Assembly: GCA_900316295.1 (NCBI GenBank)
Contig: ONCJ01000005.1
Location: 8,962-72,961, forward strand
Source: an uncultured Prevotella sp.
Lineage (GTDB): Bacteria > Bacteroidota > Bacteroidia > Bacteroidales > Bacteroidaceae
Length of the DNA: 64,000 bases
Reading direction: 5' to 3'
In this document: positions 19,519 through 29,700 of the stretch, one piece after another
How positions within the stretch are numbered: position 1 is the first letter of the stretch
Layout of the letters: each line of letters begins with the position of its first letter
Translations under genes and position numbers: made by a program
Notes under the pieces: generated by a model
The model's input: only the letters and a program-made list of their open reading frames with translations
What the model was told of the DNA's origin: nothing
The model's database searches: none

Positions 19519-20412
19519 ATGCGTAGATTTAACGGAAATGAAGACCGCTACGACCACTATGTGGTGCAAGACGAAAGACCGCTGCTGGAGTGGCTGCTCG
19601 CCAATCTGGGACAGAGCCGCTCTAAGGTGAAGGCCATCCTGCAGGGTAGGGGCATAAAAGTCAATGGCAAGGTGGTGACCCAGTTTGACTATCCGCTCAC
19701 CAACGGGATGAAGATAGCCGTTAGTCAGACTAAGCGCAACGACCAGTTCAAGAGCCGCTATGTGAAGATAGTATACGAGGACCAATACCTTGTAGTCATC
19801 GAGAAGAACATAGGCATACTGTCGATGGCGGCAGGTCATAAGTCGCTGAATGTGAAGTCGGTACTCGACGACTACTTCCAGAAGACCCGACAGGGATGCA
19901 GGGCTCATGTGGTACATCGGCTCGACCGCGACACCAGCGGACTGATGGTATACGCCAAGGACATGCAGACCGAACAGATACTCGAGCATGAGTGGCACCA
20001 GATAGTATACGACCGACGCTATGTGGCTGTGGTCAGCGGAGAGATGGAACAAGACCAAGGCACCATCGCCAGCTGGCTCAAGGACAACAGTGCATATGTC
20101 ACCTATTCGTCGCCAGTGGACAATGGTGGTAAATATGCTGTCACCCACTATTTTACTCTTGACCGCACTACCGACCACTCGCTGGTGGAATACAAGCTGG
20201 AGACGGGACGCAAGAACCAGATTCGTGTCCACTCGGCTGACATCGGTCACCCCGTTTGTGGCGACATCAAATACGGTAATGGCGACGACCCCATCCACCG
20301 TCTCTGCCTGCATGCCTTCCTCCTCTGCTTCTATCATCCCATTACTCACGAACGCATGGAGTTTGAGACTCCCGTACCCACTCTGTTTAAGTCAATTATG
20401 AAGAAATATTGA
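19519..20412 (+). CDS. RluA-family pseudouridine synthase
   Basis: VHRLDRDTSG, ETGRKNQIRVH, GHPVCGD, LCLHA. Confidence 0.95.
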   Translation: MRRFNGNEDRYDHYVVQDERPLLEWLLANLGQSRSKVKAILQGRGIKVNGKVVTQFDYPLTNGMKIAVSQTKRNDQFKSRYVKIVYEDQYLVVIEKNIGILSMAAGHKSLNVKSVLDDYFQKTRQGCRAHVVHRLDRDTSGLMVYAKDMQTEQILEHEWHQIVYDRRYVAVVSGEMEQDQGTIASWLKDNSAYVTYSSPVDNGGKYAVTHYFTLDRTTDHSLVEYKLETGRKNQIRVHSADIGHPVCGDIKYGNGDDPIHRLCLHAFLLCFYHPITHERMEFETPVPTLFKSIMKKY

Positions 20413-20416
20413 AATT

Positions 20417-20569
20417 ATGAACACAGAATATTACATAGCCGTACTCATTGCCATCATCGTTGGCGTGATACTGATAAAGAAGGTGGCAAGTTGCCTGTTT
20501 CGCATCGTCGTGGGCATCATCCTCCTTGTCGTACTCGCCTACTGCCTGCGCATGCTGGGATATGTGTGA
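20417..20569 (+). CDS. Small two-TM membrane protein (50 aa)
   Basis: Below the ORF-track cutoff. MNTEYYIAVLIAIIVGVILIKKVASCLFRIVVGIILLVVLAYCLRMLGYV, starting 4 nt after the RluA stop. Confidence 0.7.
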   Translation: MNTEYYIAVLIAIIVGVILIKKVASCLFRIVVGIILLVVLAYCLRMLGYV

Positions 20570-20815
20570 GAGGAAGGGGACGGAAAGTTGAAAGTTAAAT
20601 CAAAGTGAAAAGTGAAAAGTGAAAAATGCACTTTGATTTTCAAGCGTGATTGCTTTGTTCTTAAAAAGGGGCACTTTTTACGGTAAAAAGTGCCCGTTTT
20701 TACGGTCTAAAGCGCCCCTTTTGCTTTCATGTCTCACGCAGAAATCGCAGATTCTCCCTTTTATCTCGACTGCACTTTTGCACTTCAATTCATGTTGCAA
20801 AAGTGCAGTTCTTTG

Positions 20816-21445
20816 TCAACTATCGGGAAAGAGACGTTCGAATACTTGGCGCAGTTGGTCGGGCTGGGCTATGATGCGGCGTATCTCCTGCAGGCTCTCG
20901 GCATTGGGCGAATTGGGCAGCCACAACTTGATGTATCCGTTGGCAGAGTATTTCTCCTGCATGTGTTGGCAGAACCGTTGCCAATGTTCTTCTCTGCTCT
21001 TCTCTGGATAGTGGTCCAGTCCGTATTGTATGGTGCGCAGGAAGACGCTTTCGGGCTCGAGGTCGCGGTCAGCCTCAGCCACTATCTTGCCGTATATGCT
21101 ACGTGGAGCATGACTGGCAGAGGCTCGATGGTCCTCTACTGCTTCCTTCATTATCTTGATTTGTTCTGGTGAAAACCATCGACGCAGACGTGCGTCAGCC
21201 ATGAGTATCTTACCGCTGGTGAGATGATGGATTGCTCGCGGGCCAGAGAGTCCGAGGTCATGATAGGCGGCTATGGCGTATGCCATATCCACGTTAGCTC
21301 CTAAGCGCTGGGCGAGAGCTATCGAACGGCGTATCACACTATTGGCATGTGACAGGTTGTGTGCCTTGTCAAAGCTAGCATAGCGTGGCAGTATCTGCTT
21401 CTCGATAAATTCCATAAGGTCGAGGCTCACTCTTGTGTCAATCAT
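20816..21445 (-). CDS. HD-domain phosphohydrolase
   Basis: AHNLSH, AAYHDLG, EDHRAS, AEADR. Confidence 0.88.
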   Translation of the reverse strand: MIDTRVSLDLMEFIEKQILPRYASFDKAHNLSHANSVIRRSIALAQRLGANVDMAYAIAAYHDLGLSGPRAIHHLTSGKILMADARLRRWFSPEQIKIMKEAVEDHRASASHAPRSIYGKIVAEADRDLEPESVFLRTIQYGLDHYPEKSREEHWQRFCQHMQEKYSANGYIKLWLPNSPNAESLQEIRRIIAQPDQLRQVFERLFPDS

Positions 21446-21622
21446 ATCTCGGTGTGCTTAGGTTGTTTCTGTCTACAAAAGTACGAAAATAATGCGTAAT
21501 TCGTAACGCTTAATGTGTAATTTTTAATTAGTAATGAGTAATTCGTAATGCCTAATTCGTAATTTTTAGTGCGTAATGAGTTTTTTTTGTTATTTTTGCA
21601 CCCTAAAAAAGGTGACTTGACA

Positions 21623-22516
21623 ATGGAGATACGACAAAACAACTGTAGGGCTTGGATGCTGGCAGCACGTCCGAAGACGCTGACGGGTGCCGCCGTACCA
21701 GTGATGATGGGTCTGGCGTTGTCGGTACCCAACTGGAACTGGGTGCCTGCGGTGTTGTGTATTGTGTTTGCTATGCTCATGCAGATAGATGCCAACTTCG
21801 TGAATGACTACTTCGACTGGAAAGACGGCATGGACGACGAGCATCGTTTGGGACCACGTCGAGCATGTCAGCAGGGGTGGGTCACTCCGAAGGCTATGCG
21901 ATGGGCTATCGCGTTGACCACGCTGGCGGCATGTCTTACGGGTCTACCTCTGATATATTATGGTGGATGGTGGATGGTGGGTGTCGGAGCGGCGTGTGTG
22001 GTGTTCTGCTTCCTGTATACCACGTTGTTGTCGCGCATCGGACTTGGCGATCTGCTAGTGCTGGTGTTCTTTGGTGTGGTGCCAGTTTGTGCTACGTACT
22101 TTCTTCAGCGTCATACGGTGACAAGGGAGGTGCTGCTCTCGTCTATAGCGTGTGGAATGGTGATAGACACGCTGCTGGTGGTGAACAACTATCGTGACCG
22201 TGACAACGATCGCAGGGTTGGCAAGCGTACACTGGTGGTAATGATAGGCGAGAGAGCTTCCGAGATATTCTATTTCTTGCTCGGACTGATGGCTTTCCAC
22301 ATGGGTCTCACCTTCTTCTTTCAGGGGCAATACTTCACCTTCTTCCTGCCCTCGATATACTTGATGCTACATGCACGTACATATAGAAAGATGAAAGCCA
22401 TCAAGCACGGAAAGGCGCTTAATGCCATCCTTGCGGAAAATGCCCGCAACATGTTTCTTTATGGTCTTCTGTTCTGTGCGGGAGTGTTACTGGACGCTTT
22501 TTTAGCGCATAATTAA
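21623..22516 (+). CDS. menA: 1,4-dihydroxy-2-naphthoate octaprenyltransferase
   Basis: AARPKTL, NFVNDYFD, NNYRD..ND...GKRTL, multiple TM segments. Confidence 0.93.
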   Translation: MEIRQNNCRAWMLAARPKTLTGAAVPVMMGLALSVPNWNWVPAVLCIVFAMLMQIDANFVNDYFDWKDGMDDEHRLGPRRACQQGWVTPKAMRWAIALTTLAACLTGLPLIYYGGWWMVGVGAACVVFCFLYTTLLSRIGLGDLLVLVFFGVVPVCATYFLQRHTVTREVLLSSIACGMVIDTLLVVNNYRDRDNDRRVGKRTLVVMIGERASEIFYFLLGLMAFHMGLTFFFQGQYFTFFLPSIYLMLHARTYRKMKAIKHGKALNAILAENARNMFLYGLLFCAGVLLDAFLAHN

Positions 22517-22556
22517 GGTCCTTAAAGTCCTTAGGGTCCTTAAGGTTTTAAAGTGC

Positions 22557-24905
22557 TTAATTGAAGAACGTCCAGCTGACGCCAAATCTAAGAAGCCGCT
22601 GATTGATGGGGTAGTGGGGTGTGAGGAAGCATTCGCCACCACTTCTATAGTTGACGTGACTCGCCATAACAAAGAATCGGGCATTCTTCAACTTGAAGTT
22701 GGCATAAAGATTGAATATCGGATAGCCACCAGTCTTTGTCCTCACCTCAGTATTCTGTTGAACTCCGAACTGTCCCATTGATGGTATGTATTCAGGTGCG
22801 TAGTATTTAGCAAAATAGCGCATGTCGGCACCTAAGTCGCAGTCGAGCACTCGTGCTATCTTGAAGTGTAGGTAGAGGTTGGTGTAGATGTTATACTTAG
22901 GTAGCGCCAACACCTCTTCCTTGCTCGAGTTCTGTAGTGTGAACACGTTCTCCCATCGGAAAATCTTCCACGCAAAGTCTTGTTGTAGTTGTAGGGTGAG
23001 CACATTGATGGGGTCCTTGCTTTGCAGAGCGGTGATATTGTTGCCTGTATGTAGTCGGTCGTTGTCGTGGGGAGTAATGTCGTATGTCACTCCTAAGTAT
23101 GGATAGTTCTTGAGTTCGTCGATAGCCACGCGGAGTCGTGTTTTGGTACGTTGTAGCGAGAACATACCCTCGATTCGAGTGTGGATGAATTTGTCCATCT
23201 CGTTTTCTATCATAGTGTGCTTAGAGCGGTAGGTGTCCATATAGAACGACGGAGCCAGGCTACGGAAGAATCCCTTGGCAGCAAGCTGTATGGTGTCGCC
23301 GAGGAGTCGGAAGTTGACGTCAGCGTCGCCCTCTACCCATATGTCGCCAGCGGCATCGCCAGCCACAGCCACCTCGCCCAAGACGTTATAGTGGAGCACA
23401 CGTCCCTGCTGTTTGCTCAGTTGTCCGCCTACGTAGAAGTTGTTGTCGTTGAACGACTCATAGAGTCTATCCAGAGCAGGTATTTTGTAGTGTATCAATT
23501 CGTGAGTGACGTATGCCTTCAGTCCAGCCTTAGCCCATTTGTTGAAGCCTTCGAGAAGTGCTACGGCGAATGTGTTCTGTAGTCGCCAGTAGTTGGTACG
23601 GTCGTAGATGGAGTCACCCTCATACTTGCCTATGGTCTCGTATGTGTTGAGGAAGTAGTTGTCGGGCACGGAGTAAGACTGAAATATATGTCTGCCATAA
23701 TCAAAATTAGCTGTATGGATGAAGCTTGTCACTGGTACATACTCGTCCTTCATCCACGTGGTGTCCTCCTTAGCTTTCTGTTCTGCAGCTATCAAGCTGT
23801 CACGCACCTCCTTGCTGTCTACAACGATACGTGTAGTGTCTGAATTGGCTGCAACCTCACGCTTAGGAGAGTTGCTGGCGATACGGGCGTTGTCAGGTCG
23901 TCCCTTCGAGCGCACCTCGTTCTGGTATTCCTCCTCGTCCCATTCCTCACCATTCTCTTTGGCTCGTTTCTGGGCTTCCTGTCGGCGTTTCTGAGCCTCT
24001 TGCTCTTGTTGCGACTTTATGGCAAACTTACGAGCCTCAATTTCCTCTGGGGTCATCGGCACCTTACGGCTGAATCCGAGGCTGTATCGCTGGTTGAAAT
24101 ATAGGTGATGATGGTCGTTACGGTTCCATGTCTTCTCCAGAGCTACGGGAATCTCCTCTTCTGTGTATTTCTCATTGAATCGCTCAGGATGGCTGATATA
24201 GTCATCATTGGTCACACCGCCATTCTCCGCAACCTTTTGATGATAGGTAGAAGCCACAAAATGAGCTTGGTAGCGGTCGCCGAGATATGAGCCGTAGAGG
24301 GTGTAGTTGAAGTGGGATGTGTTCTGATTGGAGTAGTAACCACGGCCATACAGATAGTCGAACTTCATGCCCAGTCCGAGTTTTTTGCCTGCATTGACGG
24401 CAAAGAGAGCCTTGAAGTGGTCCTCACCATTAGTACGATTGCCACAGGTGTTGAACGAGACATTGGTGATAGGCGAGAGCGTGTTGGTGAAGTGGAGCTC
24501 ATCTACGGGTGTGATAAAGAAGTCGTAGGGTGTCAGGAATGGATAATCGTCGTCAGCATTTCTGCGGTCTATGAAGATACGATTGATGCGAGGCGAACCA
24601 GCATTGCCCAAAGAATTGTACTCACCACGAAGTCCTGTGGTGAAGATGGAGTTCATGAACATGTGTTGGAGGGTGTCGGGTTCCACCTCAGTACGGTCGC
24701 CAAAGAGTGGGTCTATGGTCCACGTCTTCAGTCCCTTGGGCACTTCTTTATGTTGACTCTGTATGCTATCCGACCGTCCGAAGTTCTTGTCTCGGTCGGT
24801 GGCTGCAGTGAATGTTCCGTCGTCAGTAATCTCGTTATACTGCTGTGCGTAGGCAGAGCAGCATACTAATATAAATAATGTGATGATGGAGAAAAACTTC
24901 TTCAT
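22557..24905 (-). CDS. Putative outer-membrane porin (Bacteroidota putative-porin family)
   Basis: Signal peptide, ENGG motif, C-terminal RFGVSWTFFN. Confidence 0.8.
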   Translation of the reverse strand: MKKFFSIITLFILVCCSAYAQQYNEITDDGTFTAATDRDKNFGRSDSIQSQHKEVPKGLKTWTIDPLFGDRTEVEPDTLQHMFMNSIFTTGLRGEYNSLGNAGSPRINRIFIDRRNADDDYPFLTPYDFFITPVDELHFTNTLSPITNVSFNTCGNRTNGEDHFKALFAVNAGKKLGLGMKFDYLYGRGYYSNQNTSHFNYTLYGSYLGDRYQAHFVASTYHQKVAENGGVTNDDYISHPERFNEKYTEEEIPVALEKTWNRNDHHHLYFNQRYSLGFSRKVPMTPEEIEARKFAIKSQQEQEAQKRRQEAQKRAKENGEEWDEEEYQNEVRSKGRPDNARIASNSPKREVAANSDTTRIVVDSKEVRDSLIAAEQKAKEDTTWMKDEYVPVTSFIHTANFDYGRHIFQSYSVPDNYFLNTYETIGKYEGDSIYDRTNYWRLQNTFAVALLEGFNKWAKAGLKAYVTHELIHYKIPALDRLYESFNDNNFYVGGQLSKQQGRVLHYNVLGEVAVAGDAAGDIWVEGDADVNFRLLGDTIQLAAKGFFRSLAPSFYMDTYRSKHTMIENEMDKFIHTRIEGMFSLQRTKTRLRVAIDELKNYPYLGVTYDITPHDNDRLHTGNNITALQSKDPINVLTLQLQQDFAWKIFRWENVFTLQNSSKEEVLALPKYNIYTNLYLHFKIARVLDCDLGADMRYFAKYYAPEYIPSMGQFGVQQNTEVRTKTGGYPIFNLYANFKLKNARFFVMASHVNYRSGGECFLTPHYPINQRLLRFGVSWTFFN

Positions 24906-24908
24906 GTC

Positions 24909-25145
24909 TTATTTTAGAAAGCGAAGAACACACTCTACTATCTTGAAGATCATTGAGGCGAGTATGATGTATGTTCCGGTAGTGTTATTGACAAGAAAAT
25001 AGACCGCCATACCGACTACGGCTCCTACCATAAAGATGATGTTGAGCCACTGGCGTAGTTTCATATATGGGTCTTTCTCACGCTCAGGTCTCAGATGCTC
25101 GCGAGTTGGTTTCTTTGCCAGTTGTTCTGTATTTTCTTCGGTCAT
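24909..25145 (-). CDS. Small two-TM membrane protein
   Basis: LRQWLNIIFMVGA...KIVECVLR; 3 nt from the porin start. Confidence 0.75.
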   Translation of the reverse strand: MTEENTEQLAKKPTREHLRPEREKDPYMKLRQWLNIIFMVGAVVGMAVYFLVNNTTGTYIILASMIFKIVECVLRFLK

Positions 25146-25207
25146 TTTTTTACTTTTTATTCTTTTACTTTTTCATCCATTTACCTTTCCTAATGCACTT
25201 TGCATTT

Positions 25208-26272
25208 TTATTTCAGTTGCGACTGGAAGATCTCAAACAACTCGTTCTTTCGGTCGATAGTCTTACGACGGAACTTTCCGCTGCTGGGGTATAGACGAGT
25301 GCGCTTCTTGTTGACAGCGTTCTTGTCGTTGATCCATTCCTCAGCCTTGTAGAACTCCTTCTTACCCTGCACCTCATAATTATATGTTATGCGGTCAAGG
25401 ATGAGCTTCAGGTGACCATCACTACACAGGGCTTGCAGAACATAGTTCATCTTGGTACGGTCGAGCACCAGTGCGTTAGATGTGAATGTGAGCCACTCCT
25501 GCATTGTTGCGACAATGTTGTGCTCCTTCTCGTTGGTAATGGCTATTTTGCTTCGCTCCAGTTGGATAGGCTCCTTGATGATGTTGTCGAGGATGGCAAG
25601 CGTGCGCTCGTATATCTGCTGGGCTGTTTTCCCAGCTACGTCGATGTCGCAAGTCCACTGTATCTCACCATTAACCTCTGGAACGGCGTTTGGTGCAAGG
25701 TATATGTTCTGCATCTCCTCCTTAGTCATCTCTGGCTTCTTCTCAGAGTTGATGGTCGACGACCAGAGAGGGGCAGGAGACTCCTTTACTACTTCCTTTG
25801 TCGCTGGAGCCGGAGCAGGGGTGGTCGCCGGAGCCGAAGCAGGAGTTGGTTTTGGAGTTGTCGTTGCTGGAGTTGGAGTTGTCGTTGCGGCACTCTGTTG
25901 TTTCAGTTGTGCTGCACGAGCCTTCATCTCCTCGGCACGAGCCTTTGCCGCAGCTGCTTGTGCTTCAGCCTCCTTAGCTATGCGTTCAGCCTCAGCGATG
26001 GCAGCCTGAGCCTCGGCTTCTTCTTTGGCTTTGCGCTCAGCCTCTGCCTTTGCTTTTGCTTCGGCCTCAGCCGCTTCCTTTTCGGCTTGTTCCAGTGCCA
26101 GTCTTGCTGCTTCTTCAGCTTCCTGAGCCGCCTTCAGCGCTTCTTGTGCTGCTTTTGCTTTAGCTTCTGCCTCAGCCTTCAGAGCGGCGATGCGCTCATT
26201 GGCGGTCACGTTTGACTGTGCCGATGCTATCAACGGCATTGCCAATAAGAGTATGATAAGAAATTTTTTCAT
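25208..26272 (-). CDS. Secreted protein with Ala/Glu/Lys coiled coil, Pro/Thr linker and DUF4468-like C-terminal domain
   Basis: YLAPNAVPEVNG, EWLTF...LVLDRT, AEEWINDK, KFRRKTIDRK. Confidence 0.75.
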   Translation of the reverse strand: MKKFLIILLLAMPLIASAQSNVTANERIAALKAEAEAKAKAAQEALKAAQEAEEAARLALEQAEKEAAEAEAKAKAEAERKAKEEAEAQAAIAEAERIAKEAEAQAAAAKARAEEMKARAAQLKQQSAATTTPTPATTTPKPTPASAPATTPAPAPATKEVVKESPAPLWSSTINSEKKPEMTKEEMQNIYLAPNAVPEVNGEIQWTCDIDVAGKTAQQIYERTLAILDNIIKEPIQLERSKIAITNEKEHNIVATMQEWLTFTSNALVLDRTKMNYVLQALCSDGHLKLILDRITYNYEVQGKKEFYKAEEWINDKNAVNKKRTRLYPSSGKFRRKTIDRKNELFEIFQSQLK

Positions 26273-26383
26273 GCTTTTGTTTTGTTGTAATTAGCTATTG
26301 TCGTTATGTGTCTTTCGACCTTCAATGCGCAAAAGTAGTAAATTGTAAATGATTATCGTTGATTTAAGGATAATTTAACCATT

Positions 26384-28459
26384 TTATTTGCTTTCCAACA
26401 AGTCTTGCAGTCTTATTATCTCGTCGCGATATTGTGCAGCTTGTATGAAGTCGAGGTCTTTGGCAGCCTGCTTCATCAGAGCCGTAGTGTTGGCAATACT
26501 CTTCTCCAGTTGTTCCCGAGTCATCTGACGAATGATAGGATCGGCGGCGAAGGCACCCTCGGTATTGGACGAAAGAGTACCTTTCCCGTCCACTCCATAG
26601 GAGGAAGCCTTTTGGTTGAGGGCTGTTGGGTGCTGGATGATGGTGGCGGCTTCTTTTCTTTCGCCCTTCGATGCGAGCGAAGTACCCACCGCCTTTTTGA
26701 TTTGTTGGGGAGTGATATGATGCTCCTCGTTATATCTCAACTGTTTGATTCTCCGTCGGTTGGTCTCGTCAATGGTCTTCTGCATACTCTCAGTGATAGT
26801 GTCGGCATACATGATTACTTTTCCGTTGACATTTCGAGCTGCACGTCCTGCGGTCTGGGTCAGACTACGATGACTTCTCAGGAATCCCTCTTTGTCGGCA
26901 TCGAGAATGGCAACGAGCGACACTTCAGGCAGATCGAGACCTTCGCGCAATAGGTTGACTCCCACCAATACGTCGTAGAGTCCTGCTCTTAGGTCGGTCA
27001 TTATCTGTACTCGGTCGAGTGTTGCCACATCGCTATGGATGTAATTAGCGCGAATGTCGTGTTGCAAGAGGTATTCGGTCAGCTCCTCTGCCATACGTTT
27101 AGTCAGCGTTGTCACCAATACACGCTCTTCTCGTTCGCATCTTGTCTGGATTTCTTCCAGCAGGTCGTCTATTTGGTTTTCGCTTGGACGTACCACAATT
27201 TCTGGGTCGAGTAGTCCAGTTGGGCGTATTATTTGTTCTACTACAACACCTTCGGCTTCAGCCAGTTCGAAGTCGGCAGGGGTAGCCGAGACGTAAATCA
27301 CCTGATTGGTCATCTCTTGGAACTCCTCAAAGCGTAGCGGACGATTGTCGAAGGCTGCTGGTAGGCGGAATCCATATTCTACGAGATTAGTCTTACGGGC
27401 TCGGTCGCCACCATACATCGCATTAATCTGAGGTACGGTGACATGACTCTCGTCAATAACCATCAGATAGTCTTTCGGGAAGAAGTCCAGTAGGCAATAA
27501 GGTCGTTCGCCAGGCTTTCGCCCATCAAAATATCTGGAATAGTTCTCTATTCCCGAGCAATGGCCCAGCTCCTTAATCATCTCCATATCGTATTCTACAC
27601 GTTCCTTGATGCGTTGAGCCTTGATGTTGTCGCCCATATCTTTGAAAAACTCAATCTGCATCATAAGGTCGTCCTGAATGTCGTGGATGGCGTGCTCGGT
27701 CTGTTCCTTAGAGGTGACGAAGAGGTTGGCTGGATATATCTCATATTGTTCAAATGAACCCATCCGATGATAACTTATAGAGTCTAACTCCTCGATGCTG
27801 TCTATCTCATTGTCCCACCAAGTGATACGCAATATATAGTCGCTATATGCCATTGCTACGTCTACAGTGTCGCCCTTTACTCTAAATCCACCACGTTGCA
27901 AGTCAACGTCGTTACGTACATATAGTGCGTCTACAAGTTTGCGTAGGAACATATTGCGGTCGAGTATCTGACCCTTAGCCAGATGAATGACGCTCGACGA
28001 CATGCTGGCTGGTCCGCCCATACCATAGATACATGATACTGACGACACCACCACTACATCCTTTCTGCCCGACAATAACGATGAGACTGCCGATAGTCTC
28101 AGGCGGTCGATCTCCTCGTTTATCGCCAAGTCCTTCTCTATATACGTATCGCTTGATGGCAGATAAGCTTCTGGTTGGTAGTAGTCATAGTAACTCACGT
28201 AGTATTCCACCGCATTTTCGGGGAAGAATCCACGCATCTCTTCATACAGCTGAGCTGCCAGCGTCTTGTTGTGGCTAAGGATGAGTGTTGGCTTTTGGAT
28301 GTTTTGTATCACGTTGGCTACGGTAAATGTCTTGCCCGAGCCTGTCACTCCCAACAATACCTGCGCAGGATCGCCGCGCCTCAGTCCGTCTGTCAGTGCA
28401 CGTATCGCTTCTGGCTGATCGCCAGTGGGTTGGTAGTCTGATGTCAGTTTGAAGTCCAT
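26384..28459 (-). CDS. uvrB: Excinuclease ABC subunit B
   Basis: PTGDQP, GVTGSGKT, YYDYYQPEAY, DESH, NLLREGLDLPEV, C-terminal UVR motif. Confidence 0.98.
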   Translation of the reverse strand: MDFKLTSDYQPTGDQPEAIRALTDGLRRGDPAQVLLGVTGSGKTFTVANVIQNIQKPTLILSHNKTLAAQLYEEMRGFFPENAVEYYVSYYDYYQPEAYLPSSDTYIEKDLAINEEIDRLRLSAVSSLLSGRKDVVVVSSVSCIYGMGGPASMSSSVIHLAKGQILDRNMFLRKLVDALYVRNDVDLQRGGFRVKGDTVDVAMAYSDYILRITWWDNEIDSIEELDSISYHRMGSFEQYEIYPANLFVTSKEQTEHAIHDIQDDLMMQIEFFKDMGDNIKAQRIKERVEYDMEMIKELGHCSGIENYSRYFDGRKPGERPYCLLDFFPKDYLMVIDESHVTVPQINAMYGGDRARKTNLVEYGFRLPAAFDNRPLRFEEFQEMTNQVIYVSATPADFELAEAEGVVVEQIIRPTGLLDPEIVVRPSENQIDDLLEEIQTRCEREERVLVTTLTKRMAEELTEYLLQHDIRANYIHSDVATLDRVQIMTDLRAGLYDVLVGVNLLREGLDLPEVSLVAILDADKEGFLRSHRSLTQTAGRAARNVNGKVIMYADTITESMQKTIDETNRRRIKQLRYNEEHHITPQQIKKAVGTSLASKGERKEAATIIQHPTALNQKASSYGVDGKGTLSSNTEGAFAADPIIRQMTREQLEKSIANTTALMKQAAKDLDFIQAAQYRDEIIRLQDLLESK

Positions 28460-28468
28460 ATCAATTTG

Positions 28469-28639
28469 CAAAGATACGGAAAGTCGAGAGAAATACAAAA
28501 GGAAAGCTTGCTTTTCTTTTTATTTCCGAGACGGAGTATCTTCGGTGAAGCCAAAGTAGCGGAAAGTCGAGAGATATACAAAAGGAAAGCTTGCTTTTCT
28601 TTTTATTTCCGAGACGGAGTATCTTCGGCGAAGCCAAAG
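28469..28639 (+). repeat. Two tandem 83-bp copies of the CGAG-hairpin-CGAG element (copies B1, B2)
   Basis: Units start at CAAAG 28469 and 28552, with a third CAAAG at 28635. Core: CGAG-AGAAATACAAAAGGAAAG-CTTG-CTTTTCTTTTTATTTC-CGAG-ACGGAGTATCTTCGG(T/C)GAAG. Confidence 0.9.
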
Positions 28640-28760
28640 GAACAAAATAATGCGTAAAGCGTAATGTTTAATGCGTATTTTTGTTGTTTTTTGCTAAAAA
28701 TAGTAGTCATATCTTTGGCGTTAATATTATTATGTGTACCTTTGCACGATAATTTGCGAT

Positions 28761-29582
28761 ATGAAGAAGAATATTCTTATTTTGTTTCTCGTAGTACTCA
28801 TGACCAGTTGTGCTCATGAGTTCAATAGCGTATACAAGTCGAGCGACTATTCTTATAAGTATGAATACGCTAAGGAATGTTTTGCTTCGGGACGCTATTC
28901 CAATGCCGTCACGCTGTTGCAGGACTTGGTGATGATGAAGAAAGGAAGCGAAGAGGCACAAGAGTGTCTGTATATGCTGGGCATGGCTGAGTATGGACTG
29001 AAGGACTATGATAGCGCCGCGGAGACCTTCCGCAAGTATTATCAGACCTATCCGCGAGGTATCTATGCGGAGATGGCGTCGTTCTATACTGGTCAAAGCC
29101 TCTATATGAGTACGCCTGAACCTCGTCTTGACCAGAGCGCTACGCTCGCAGCGATAGCTGCTTTCCAGCAGTATCGTGACCTCTTTCCTGACGCTAAACT
29201 CAAGGGAACGGCTGAGCAACGACTCTTCGAACTACAAGACAAACTGGTACGTAAGGAATATCTGTCAGCTAAGCTGTATTATAACCTCGGAACATATTTC
29301 GGCAACTGTACCAGCGGCGGTAATAACTACGAGGCATGTATCATCACGGCTCAGAATGCCCTGAACGACTATCCCTATAGCGACCTGCGTGAGGACTTCG
29401 CTATATTGCTCATGAAGAGCAAGTATGAACTTGCTCAGATGAGTGTTGAGGAGAAAAAACAACAACGACTACAGGATGCTGAAGACGAATGTTATGGATT
29501 TATCAACGAATATCCTGATTCTAAAGAACGTTCTACGGCAGAGAAGTTTATCGAGAAATGTAAAGAGCAGCTGAAGAATTGA
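28761..29582 (+). CDS. bamD: Outer membrane protein assembly factor BamD
   Basis: Lipobox MTSC, TPR-like helices, PRLDQS, YYNLG, upstream of rpoZ. TACCTTTG promoter box at 28737. Confidence 0.9.
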   Translation: MKKNILILFLVVLMTSCAHEFNSVYKSSDYSYKYEYAKECFASGRYSNAVTLLQDLVMMKKGSEEAQECLYMLGMAEYGLKDYDSAAETFRKYYQTYPRGIYAEMASFYTGQSLYMSTPEPRLDQSATLAAIAAFQQYRDLFPDAKLKGTAEQRLFELQDKLVRKEYLSAKLYYNLGTYFGNCTSGGNNYEACIITAQNALNDYPYSDLREDFAILLMKSKYELAQMSVEEKKQQRLQDAEDECYGFINEYPDSKERSTAEKFIEKCKEQLKN

Positions 29583-29666
29583 ACCGATGGAGCAGCGAGA
29601 GCAGACTAAAACTTGTTTTAAGTATGCCGAGTCGCGACAGAAGAAGACCTAAGGTCAAGAATTGAA
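29574..29666 (+). repeat. CGAG-hairpin-CGAG element, copy C, flanked by a 10-bp direct repeat
   Basis: AAGAATTGAA at 29574 and 29657 (83 bp apart). Core: CGAG-AGCAGACTAAAAC-TT-GTTTTAAGTATGC-CGAG...GACCTAAGGTC. Confidence 0.8.
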
Positions 29667-29700
29667 ATTACGCATTAAGAATTATACATTATATAAAGGT

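Noticed and set aside
28469-28639. Tandem 83-bp repeat as a possible CRISPR array
   Set aside because: The units are nearly identical along their whole length, with no unique spacers and no cas genes. Treated as an interspersed element instead.
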